From Diadema antillarum (Eukaryota), in the NCBI RefSeq assembly GCF_040938485.1, contig NW_027272196.1:248001-312000 (forward strand): a stretch of 64,000 nucleotides of DNA. Reading direction: 5' to 3'. Both the position numbers and the translations under genes were made by a program. Of the stretch, positions 58,724 through 64,000 are shown piece after piece. The notes beneath the pieces were generated by a model that worked only from the letters and a program-made list of their open reading frames with translations, had not been told where the DNA came from and searched no databases. Numbering within the stretch: position 1 is the first letter of the stretch; the number at the start of each line of letters is the position of its first letter.

Positions 58724-59411
58724 ATAATAGATCATTTCAATTCATGTGACATGTGTGAAATCACATCTGTCAAAGCAACCTCAGGGATAGAGCAACCATC
58801 GTCCCATAATTGCCACATATTTTTTGTCCTGCCAAATTCCTTGATCGTTGTCATGCATGTCGGTCAGTCACAAAATGATAATTCCTTATCTTAAGTTTGT
58901 GACTATCAGCATGATTTGTTGTAATTATGTACCAGCTTGTACACATTGCAGAGATAACATTTTTAGTATTGTGTCCCATTGTCAGAGGGGGCTTAATGGG
59001 ATGGTGTAGTTTCGGTTGAGATGGGTCTTCAGGCTTCCAACTTGTTTTGCAAAATTTTCATCAGATAAACTGATGAAATCCTCGTAGAAGTGTATGCTCT
59101 TTAACACTTCATAAAGTGGTTTCTAAGTATGAGGGATGGGTTTATAAGAACGTTCAAAATCACATCCTTCATTGCCGTTCCTCTCAAAGTGTGTAACTCC
59201 ATTTCTCAGTCTGTCGTCATGGTATTTTGGTTTTTTCCTGCCCTCTGTCGCCACTAGGTACAAGATGCTGGAAGAATTTGCTGCAGACGCCCGACTAATC
59301 TTTGATAACTGCGAGACATTCAACGAAGATGAGTCAGAAGTGGGTCGAGCGGGACACGCCATGCGGTCGTTCTTCGAAACGCGCTGGATGGAAATCACGG
59401 AAGCATCGTAA
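7263..59411 (+). CDS. BAZ2B: BAZ2A/B-like (TIP5/toutatis family) bromodomain-adjacent-to-zinc-finger protein; spliced, 28 exons, 5'-partial
   Basis: Exons below join in frame with GT-AG sites (6449 nt plus 1 upstream base = 2150 codons including stop). Translation shows TAM/MBD (YYAPCGKKLRTYPEV), DDT (LPEL..ADCLMVIEFLHTFG), WHIM1-3, PHD and bromodomain in the order typical of BAZ2A/B. Invertebrates have one BAZ2 gene; the MBD and coiled-coil segments look closest to BAZ2B. Confidence 0.93.
8517..8822 (+). CDS. BAZ2B: Exon: Ser/acidic low-complexity region (SSVLKTPPLTLSLEK...KEMAAIME)
   Basis: Pyrimidine tract plus gtacag acceptor, donor gtaagt at 8823, phase 0-0. Confidence 0.85.
9327..9422 (+). 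CDS. BAZ2B: Exon: Q/K-rich coiled coil (TKKQLEAKQRELLQQQEQLKKQQQKAQHKKQK)
   Basis: ctctcaccag acceptor, gtgaga donor, 96 nt, phase 0-0. Confidence 0.85.
10589..11114. mobile_element. TA-flanked MITE (Tc1/mariner-superfamily-like) with TTTCGCG repeats
   Basis: TIR CTGTATACGCTATA / TATAGCGTATACAG, TA duplication both sides, subterminal TTTTCGCG/CGCGAAA repeats. Confidence 0.8.
11234..11625. mobile_element. TTAA-flanked foldback MITE (Kolobok-like)
   Basis: TTAA|AGGGATGGTATAG ... CTATACCATTCCT|TTAA; inner arms (agagcatacaa...ggctgagatatc) also inverted. Confidence 0.75.
12017..12061. repeat. (TG)n microsatellite
   Basis: Direct inspection. Confidence 0.9.
12927..12964. repeat. (TG)n microsatellite
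   Basis: Direct inspection. Confidence 0.9.
15274..15640 (-). mobile_element. Degraded 3' end of a non-LTR retrotransposon (L2/CR1-group-like)
   Basis: Minus-strand (TTGAAA)n tail at 15274-15301; upstream minus-strand peptide LNKLAFKLVPSYF resembles the C-terminus of these RT ORFs. By-eye similarity only. Confidence 0.4.
16780..17049 (-). mobile_element. Possible LINE (CR1/L2-group) ORF2 C-terminal remnant
   Basis: Minus-strand peptide CFAHRILKPYHIPSLLPRQR resembles the F..KI...H.LH.LLP..R motif of such elements. Confidence 0.3.
17352..17387 (+). CDS. BAZ2B: 36-nt mini-exon (DGEDDNDSDTPE)
   Basis: Long pyrimidine tract, ctaat branch-like motif, tatag acceptor, purine-rich body, GAG|gtgatt donor, phase 0-0. 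Confidence 0.65.
17602..18166. mobile_element. TTAA-flanked foldback MITE (Kolobok-like) with about 210-bp inverted arms
   Basis: TTAA GGGAAAGTAAACCCAAAGAGCAATGTGGATTGAG ... CTCAATCCACATTGCTCTTTGGGTTTGCGTTCCCT TTAA; arms match with scattered mismatches. Confidence 0.85.
20008..20381. mobile_element. Degenerate hAT-like MITE
   Basis: CAGGGCTTAACA ... TGTCAAGCCCTA imperfect TIRs; no clean TSD seen. Confidence 0.4.
22265..22639 (+). CDS. BAZ2B: Exon: coiled coil, poly-Ala (11), PQDLS motif
   Basis: ctctctctcttctctgggcag acceptor, gtaggt donor at 22640, phase 0-0, GC-rich ORF 22238-22693. Confidence 0.9.
23301..23503 (+). mobile_element. CpG-rich interspersed-repeat fragment, possibly a Helitron/Helentron-derived 3' end
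   Basis: Ends GGCGGAGATCTGCGCTGTCTGAGTGCTTTTCTG with a short hairpin, similar to termini I recall for such non-autonomous elements; not verified. Confidence 0.3.
24593..24652. repeat. (TG)n microsatellite
   Basis: Direct inspection. Confidence 0.95.
24864..24892. repeat. (TG)n microsatellite
   Basis: Direct inspection. Confidence 0.9.
25466..25561. repeat. Compound trinucleotide repeat (ATT/GTT/CCT/ATC)
   Basis: Direct inspection; ends about 26 nt upstream of the acceptor at 25587. Confidence 0.85.
25588..25822 (+). CDS. BAZ2B: Exon: Ser-rich (RKLAAIISNLSSQ...MEHGEMA)
   Basis: gcctctgcag acceptor (phase 0), donor gtatga at 25823 (phase 1); alternative same-phase donor gtgaga at 25811. Confidence 0.85.
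25839..26061. mobile_element. TA-type MITE of the TTTCGCG family
   Basis: Left CTGTCAAAACTGTTACTTTCGCG versus reverse complement of right CTGTAGAAGCTGTTATTTTTGCG; TA on left. Confidence 0.6.
26741..26896 (+). CDS. BAZ2B: Exon: acidic/Ser-rich linker (ESVDSELEEERNG...PLLTQM)
   Basis: gtttttcag acceptor (alternative same-phase acceptor giving start 26732), donor gtgagt at 26897, phase 1-1. Confidence 0.85.
27316..27602 (+). CDS. BAZ2B: Exon: TAM/MBD domain
   Basis: Translation RVTDERAVRWPLANGWRRQTIIRQLG...GDVLYYAPCGKKLRTYPEVVRY...FSFSAKMRIGEF matches the BAZ2 TAM/MBD pattern; cacag acceptor phase 1, gtatga donor phase 0. Confidence 0.95.
28020..28191 (+). CDS. BAZ2B: Exon: MBD C-terminal extension and charged helix (GIIFEKLTEDELY...ELARRANEAKERRRLEQQ)
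   Basis: cacactcag acceptor phase 0, gtgagt donor at 28192 phase 1. Confidence 0.9.
29962..30054 (+). CDS. BAZ2B: Exon: charged helix (EMARRVNEAKMRRKLERQAQLDAARETRRHQ)
   Basis: atggcag acceptor, gtaagt donor at 30055, 93 nt, phase 1-1. Confidence 0.88.
34207..34694. mobile_element. PIF/Harbinger-like MITE with internal extra right-end copies
   Basis: TIR GGCGTTCTCACATCAGCCCGAT / ATCGGGCTGATGTGAAAACGCC (1 mismatch in 22); TTA left, TTT right; CpG-rich interior. Confidence 0.75.
35616..35743 (+). CDS. BAZ2B: Exon: coiled coil (ALQLAEEKRRDKEQRLFMRQQQKIARMQQMRLEREVRTQQLIE)
   Basis: Long C/T tract plus ctgcag acceptor phase 1, gtaccc donor phase 0; resembles vertebrate BAZ2B AAEEKRKQKEQ...QQIRMEKELRAQQILE as recalled. 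Confidence 0.9.
37576..37641 (+). CDS. BAZ2B: 66-nt exon (ERRKRKEEEATQKTMETLRRAK)
   Basis: tttttgtacgaccag acceptor, gtttgt donor, phase 0-0. Confidence 0.85.
38633..38677 (+). CDS. BAZ2B: 45-nt exon (EREIRRQHAVLLKHQ)
   Basis: tgttttattcag acceptor, gtcagt donor, phase 0-0; close to recalled vertebrate EKEMRRQQAVLLKHQ. Confidence 0.9.
39955..40162. mobile_element. TA-flanked MITE of the TTTCGCG family
   Basis: TA|CTGTA ... TACAG|TA with GCGAAAATTTCAAC subterminal motifs. Confidence 0.65.
40338..40702. mobile_element. TTAA-flanked, almost fully palindromic MITE (Kolobok-like)
   Basis: TTAA|AGGGGATGGCTAGTAAC...GTTACTAGCCATCCCCT|TTAA; arms about 160 bp around a short spacer; produces the mirror-image ORFs 40395+ and 40439-. 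Confidence 0.9.
43234..43299 (+). CDS. BAZ2B: 66-nt exon (ERERRKQHMLLVRALEARKKAE)
   Basis: ctcacttacag acceptor, gtattt donor, phase 0-0; close to recalled vertebrate ERERRRQHMMLMKAMEARKKAE. Confidence 0.92.
44545..44656 (+). CDS. BAZ2B: Exon: DDT domain N-terminal part (ALPELQRLKGITISGTALADCLMVIEFLHTFGDALGL)
   Basis: ttgtctgtag acceptor phase 0, gtaaga donor phase 1; typical DDT pattern. Confidence 0.93.
45450..45601 (+). CDS. BAZ2B: Exon: DDT C-terminal part (DVEDDIPTMPVLQGALTN...EDPGLPDDDKTPD)
   Basis: gctccatag acceptor phase 1, gtaagt donor at 45602 phase 0. Confidence 0.9.
45684..46159. mobile_element. CAG-ended non-autonomous DNA transposon with 6-bp TSD (hAT-like)
   Basis: TIR CAGAGACT / AGTCTCTG; direct repeat GAAGAT at 45678-45683 and 46160-46165; CGGGAG subterminal repeats; internal 28-bp palindrome. 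Confidence 0.65.
46710..46817 (+). CDS. BAZ2B: Exon: post-DDT helices (AMTAGGQRLLEIDVTQENLSEVLSCYLKAMKGNNDE)
   Basis: ctttcaaccaacag acceptor, gtaccc donor, 108 nt, phase 0-0. Confidence 0.9.
47246..47430 (+). CDS. BAZ2B: Exon: WHIM1 motif (LQTVPFLALNPTHKASILGYLVNQLV...LRRDKWVVEGKIR)
   Basis: ttttgacacag acceptor phase 0, gtaggt donor phase 2. Confidence 0.93.
47910..48195 (+). CDS. BAZ2B: Exon: AT-hook (KRKRGRPPKN) and acidic tract
   Basis: tttccttgcag acceptor phase 2, gtttgt donor phase 0. Confidence 0.92.
48591..50031 (+). CDS. BAZ2B: Large 1441-nt exon: WHIM2/WSD (GMDRFNRRYWVLP...GGILVEG), acidic disordered region, WFSILPRLPCD motif
   Basis: ORF 48585-50066; cattgcag acceptor phase 0, gtgagt donor at 50032 phase 1. 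Confidence 0.95.
50316..50474 (+). CDS. BAZ2B: Exon: WHIM3 motif (GWWFVTD...YPRGIRERSLQKAL)
   Basis: gtgtctag acceptor, gtgagt donor at 50475, phase 1-1. Confidence 0.93.
50925..51088 (+). CDS. BAZ2B: Exon (TLKMPENP...IENMEDKLAAGCMQVK)
   Basis: ctccaacccag acceptor phase 1, gtgagc donor phase 0. Confidence 0.9.
51599..51759 (+). CDS. BAZ2B: Exon (GWVLPEK...AIQRLQSFERGIERRYLKPPLGF)
   Basis: cacattcag acceptor phase 0, gtaagg donor phase 2; IERRYLKxP is characteristic of BAZ1/2 proteins. Confidence 0.92.
53074..53683 (+). CDS. BAZ2B: Exon: charged helix, acidic tract, conserved pre-PHD helix (RWRRAVADCSSAAQLYICINLLDRCIAWDKSIMKA)
   Basis: ttcataaaacag acceptor phase 2, gtgagt donor at 53684 phase 0. 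Confidence 0.9.
53749..53884. other. Assembly gap (136 N)
   Basis: Run of N inside the intron before the PHD exon; flanking exons join in frame (SIMKA|CCKVC), so no exon appears to be needed here. Confidence 1.
55484..55630 (+). CDS. BAZ2B: Exon: PHD finger (CKVCRRSCDEAKLLLCDWCDRGYHLYCLTPKLSEVPEGDWFCDNC)
   Basis: C4-H-C3 pattern; ccttgcatgcag acceptor, gtagag donor, phase 0-0. Confidence 0.95.
57001..57190. mobile_element. pogo/Tigger-like MITE
   Basis: TA CACTGGACGCCCGTTATAAC ... GTTATAACGGGAGTGCACTG TA imperfect TIRs with TA flanks. Confidence 0.65.
57889..58121 (+). CDS. BAZ2B: Exon: Lys/Ser-rich PHD-bromodomain linker with KKS(E/D) repeats
   Basis: cataatgtag acceptor phase 0, gtaagt donor at 58122 phase 2. 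Confidence 0.9.
58461..58604 (+). CDS. BAZ2B: Exon: bromodomain N-terminal half (SWPFMAPVNTKQIPQYRKVIKQPMDFGTMKTKL)
   Basis: caacttgcag acceptor, gtgagt donor at 58605, phase 2-2. Confidence 0.95.
58687..58718. repeat. (CA)n microsatellite
   Basis: Direct inspection. Confidence 0.9.
58993..59130. mobile_element. Partial copy of the Kolobok-like MITE at 11234
   Basis: TTAATGGGATGGTGTAGTTTCGGTTGAGATGGG...CTTCAGGCTTCCAAC matches the termini of the 11234-11625 element. Confidence 0.65.
59258..59411 (+). CDS. BAZ2B: Last coding exon: bromodomain C-terminal half (DARLIFDNCETFNEDESEVGRAGH), stop TAA
   Basis: gccactag acceptor phase 2; conserved acetyl-lysine-binding Asn present (TFN). Confidence 0.95.
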
Positions 59412-60785
59412 CATTTGCAAGCAAGACGTCATGACAGTCGATAATTGTAACAACAAAACTTTTGCAATGTCCTCCATTTAGCAGCAAGCAGAAGACAAAA
59501 TGAATTTCTACAGATGTATTTGGTAATAATTTAAGATAATTATTTTGGATAATATATGCTCATTATGTCATTGTATTCAGTGTTTCAATTCTTTTTCCTC
59601 TGAACCTCGATGAAGATATTGTGCTTTTGTGTCAAAACAATCATACAAATGTGTACAGTTGCTGATGTAGTGTTCGTTTTCGGTAGATCGGTAGAGTCGA
59701 GTGTAGTTAGTGTCTAAGTTGCAGCTGCCTTTGTCAAATTTTTGTGTTCCCTCTCCTCGTATCTTCCTTGAAAGAAAGTTCAAACTATGTGTAGTCTAAG
59801 TACAGGCTTCAATCTAGGAATGCGGCACGGCATGGTTAAGCCAGCATGGAGCACCGCTGTATTATCCTACCTCACTGTTTTAGAGCGACAGGGCATAAGT
59901 ATCGTATCACAATGTCCCAAGAGCATGTTAGCTGGCCAAAGCTGGTACCAATGTAGACCAGGTGTCTCAGATGATGCGCATGAATATAAAGTACTCTTAG
60001 AAGATGTTCAAATAAGTATCTTGTGTCCTCATATGTCCTTTGCATAATGCAGTGAGTACACCATGATGCCGTCATTTTTTTTTTTTTCATTCAAATTTGT
60101 GAGGTATTGTAGCACATTTTATGCAAGATAGTTTGAGAATCATGATGAAGTGATATATTGCTACACATGGACGAAGATGGGAGTGTGTTTTTTTTTCTTC
60201 TCACACTCTTCCCAGACTAGGGCATTGATGTTAGAATTGTCAAGAGCACAGGGCAGCATTGAACTAAGCCAGATTGGTCTTGTTTACCAGAGTGTTCCTC
60301 CCATAAAGTTGAAACTTTTCCAAACATCCTCAAAAAATCTGTGTTTGCCCCTCTTGGTCGTTCTCTGATGCATTGTAGAAGTCTACCATAGCGCCCTCAT
60401 GTTAAGAAGGACCTTGCTTCATGGTTTGCGGCAAGCCTACCAATGTGTATTTATTTATTCAATATTGCCTGGTAGTAGGTAGACAAACTGTGTGTATGGT
60501 AGACTATTAATGCGCAGAAATATTTATTTGCAATTCCATTAAGCCAGATTGGAATCTGATATACCTGTGCTCAAAACAAAAGAAGCGATCTTATCTATCT
60601 TTATGTGCTGGAGTGAAAAAATCAATCATTCAGGTAGGCATTTATTGCCTGCTGTTATTTGGTTAATTTCAAAGTATGTGTCAAATTTATTTCTTGTTTT
60701 CCTCCTCTTTTTCCCCCCTTTTTTTCTGAGAATGTGGAGAATTTGATTCAGGTCATAGTCAGTCGAATATGTGATTTTTTATTAC

Positions 60786-60804
60786 TCTGTGTGCGTAGGT
60801 GAGT

Positions 60805-60853
<49 letters not shown>

Positions 60854-60916
60854 AGGATACCTGTGCATGCGGAGTAATGTTTATGTGTGTGTGAGAGAGA
60901 GAGTGTGTGTATGCAT

Positions 60917-60948
<32 letters not shown>
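60786..60948. repeat. Compound (GT)n/(GA)n microsatellite in putative 3' UTR
   Basis: Direct inspection. Confidence 0.9.
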
Positions 60949-60951
<3 letters not shown>

Positions 60952-63499
60952 GATAGGTGGGTTATTGTACGGCCCTACATACATCAGATCGCTATGATAA
61001 TCAAAGGTATCTACTAAATGTCACCTGCATTGTGTAGCGTCATTTGAAGAAGGCAAATCCAAGAATACCGAATATTTGCACACCTTTGGTATATGGTAGG
61101 CGTAACAGCTGTGTCACGAAGTCATACGTAGTACAAGTTTAGTGGGTGGGGGCTATTTTTGAAAGTCTGTCAGAATGTACCAGCAGCACATAAGCCGTGA
61201 GACACTGCATTGCTGTTTTGTTAAACTAATACGTTTGATGTGTATGCCACAAACTTGGACAATGCTCTACTACAGAGCCTTACGTGCAGAGATGGCAGAC
61301 AGAGCCAGATAAAAGCACTCTTGTAGGTACTTGTTCTATTCGGTGGCCTTTCATCAGATGTGGGTTAGTCTTTCATTATTTCTGTGTCTCTCTAAAAATA
61401 AAACCCGGCAGAAAGATACAATGAAGACATTTAAAAGAAACTTGTTGGCATCTCCATTTTGTAGCTTCCTTTTGTCCTTTCTCTTCCTGTCAACATTGAA
61501 AAAAAAATAGAAACAAAACAAAAAAAAAATCAGATATCTTTATTCTCATATAAGAGAAATATAAATAGTACTTTGTGAGTAGTAAAGAGCCATCTGTGAT
61601 GTGGCGATTTAGTGAATTTGACTTGACAATAATGATGCTTAAACATTGGACCAAGTATTCCTTGTAATATACTGCACATATCATGTGAGATATACAGAAT
61701 TGTGTCTTGTGTAGCTAAGTTGAATAGAGGTGAAGTTTTTTTTTTTTTTTTTCTGTGCATGAATGTTTGGATGCATCGTTTTAGATTCATGTGACTGTTT
61801 TTCGATGGGTTTAAAAAGAGAAGAAAGATGTAATTAGTGTTGTGGAGAATCAAATGCCAGTGATGTGCACTTTGTAAAGAATTGTTCAAAGGCAGTTCGG
61901 TACAATGTACATTCTCAGTCAGACTGTGGTTGACCTCACGAAAGATACTATTGTTGTTTACATGTATAAGGGCATTGAACTTCCCCCGAAGTTGTAGATT
62001 CAAAAATTCAGAGGATCTGATTAGTAAGCAAGAAATCTAGTACAGGAATGACCAAATGGTCAGAGTCAGGAGCTGGTTCACAGTGGAAAACTTTGTGCAG
62101 ATGGAGGACTGTTTGAATTGTCTTTTTGTTTTAAGGAAGAAAGGAACGAATAAAGAGAAGGTAATATTTTGGAAAAGATGCTCAATTGTAATGTAAGAGA
62201 TTGTAGTAAAAATCTCTCTAGTTTTCGGTGTGCATACAACTACTTTTGTGGCATAGATAACTTTTAAGTTGTGCAATTCTAGCCAATTGGAGGCCTCTTT
62301 CAATAAGCTGATAGAAAAAAAAATCAACAACAGGCCTTTAACGTGTACGATACAGTGTTTACTATGAAGAGCATAAATCTTCATCTATTCTTGATGTCTT
62401 CGTGAATTATGTACCATCTTTGTACAGAATGTCTTGTAAGTTAATGGAAAGAAAAATGTAAGTTATTTTTTTCTCTTCTGTAGATGTGGATATGACAATA
62501 ATGTGGCAACCAGGATCTCTTTGCAAAAGGTCCAACCGTGAGAAAAATGAAGTAATCATGCAGAGTGTATCATCATGTCTCTACACCTTTTAATTTGCTG
62601 CAAAAACAGATGATAATAATGTCACTAATTTGTATACACAAAGGCCACTCAGCTTTGACAGATATCTTTCTTGTTCTGGATCTAGAGCAACAGCACTCTA
62701 TATAAGTATCTGAAGAACAGGATCATTTTGCTCCTTCTCTCTCTCTCTCTCTCTCTGAACATTTATCTGTCATTTCGGAAGTTGTGCTTTTGGACTCGCA
62801 AGACTCAAGGGTAGACGGGGAAAAAAACAGAAAAGTTACTTTGGTAACACATACAGTTGACAGGCATGTGTAATACGGAGGGACCAGGAGCTGAAATTTC
62901 TGCCAAATTAATTTTATGGAGCAAGCTTGGCTTCCACTGTTCTGTCAATTCATTTTAGCTCGAAGTAAACCAAGTACATAACTTCTTTCCAGCACTTCTA
63001 GTTCACTTAGAAACCCAGTTTACACTGAAAGTGTGACTGAAGTAGTCACCACAGGATCTCAGAGCTTACCTCACAATTTCAGAATTCAAACAGTAATAAC
63101 TGGTTATGAGAACAGTTGTACCATGTCCATATATCTTGCATCCATTTTCTTTTGCCATAAAATTTGAGCAGAGTATCTCTTTTTATGAAATCAGTGGAAC
63201 AGCAAGAAAAACATCTTTTCCAAACAAATTACTCTGTAAACAGAAGCTTTGTTGTACAGTCATGAAGAGCCTTGAATGAGTCTATTTTGTTTGTAGTTCA
63301 TACATTGCCTGTATTTTTCATTGTCCGTGTCATAGGTGCAAGCAATGTCTACAGATTGCATTATTTTGTTGTTTGTCTTTGATGTCATTTTTTTTTCTTC
63401 TCCTTCTCCATTGATGTTCATGTACAGTATGAGTGGTAGTTGTTGTCGTCTAGAAACTTGTGAACAGTTTTTGTAGTTGAAAAGAAAAAAAAATCATTG

Positions 63500-63531
63500 A
63501 ATAAAAGTGTCTTGTGAAAAAAAAAAATAAA
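63500..63531 (+). terminator. Tandem polyadenylation signals (AATAAA x2)
   Basis: AATAAA at 63500-63505 and 63526-63531 followed by T-rich sequence; earlier AATAAA at about 61397 and 62149. Confidence 0.4.
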
Positions 63532-64000
63532 ATGTTAGACTGAGACCAAAAACTAATGAGATGACTCTCCTTTGATTCTTTCAAGTTTTTCCATCAGTGT
63601 AACAGTTGGGATGTGTCTGATTTGGAATGTGATGGTGAAAAATACAGAGTTCCATCCCTTCTCTTTATCTTACTGATTTGGGTCCAATTTCATAAAATGT
63701 TGCTTTGATAGCAACTCTTGCTGGAATGGTAATTGCCATGGTAATGACAAAAATCAAGCTTCTTGATTGGCTGTTGCTATGTGAAGTTGCCACTCTAGCT
63801 AGAGTTACTATCCTATGTAACATCTGTTATGAAATGAATGGGGCCCTGTAGTTCGCATTGCACGTCTGGAATTGGAGAATCTTGTCCAAATCATAATCAG
63901 GAATGAATAACATAGAAACATGTCATTTTCACATTTCATATTCCAACTGATTGTAAGCTGAACGAATTCAAAATCTCAGTGCCCAAAAATGTTGTGATAC

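Larger units (their letters stand above)
59412..63531 (+). other. Putative long 3' UTR of BAZ2-like gene
   Basis: No coding signal after the stop; AT/GT-rich; ends at a pair of AATAAA signals. The end point is inferred. Confidence 0.4.

Noticed and set aside
1-64000. CRISPR arrays, tRNA/rRNA genes, autonomous transposase or RT ORFs, viral inserts
   Set aside because: None seen: no regularly spaced repeats with unique spacers, no tRNA cloverleaf or Pol III box pair, and no long ORF outside BAZ2 exons.

Overview
Eukaryotic (invertebrate animal) genomic DNA. An echinoid-like deuterostome is my inference from intron style and TTAA/TA/TTA MITE families, not a database result. Almost the whole window is one + strand, intron-rich gene, a BAZ2A/B (TIP5/toutatis) family ISWI-partner chromatin regulator. 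I reconstructed 28 GT-AG exons from 7263 to the TAA stop at 59409-59411. All intron phases are compatible and they sum to 6449 nt (about 2150 codons). A further candidate exon at 10-132 also fits, and the true 5' end lies upstream of the window. Domain order: RG repeat/AT-hook, low-complexity Q/E/A regions, TAM/MBD, coiled coils, DDT, WHIM1, AT-hook, WHIM2, WHIM3, PHD, bromodomain. Introns hold many non-autonomous DNA transposons (Harbinger-, Kolobok-, Tc1/mariner-pogo- and hAT-like), LINE remnants, microsatellites and two assembly gaps. I found no multi-gene or prokaryote-style novel system. The best leads are CtBP-type PxDLS motifs with a SUMO-site cluster (a possible ToRC-like complex), an apparently absent conserved pre-DDT exon, candidate regulated micro/cassette exons, a CAG-ended element with a 6-bp target duplication, and near-perfect foldback MITEs. 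All coordinates were read by eye and comparisons to vertebrate BAZ2B are from memory, not from an alignment.
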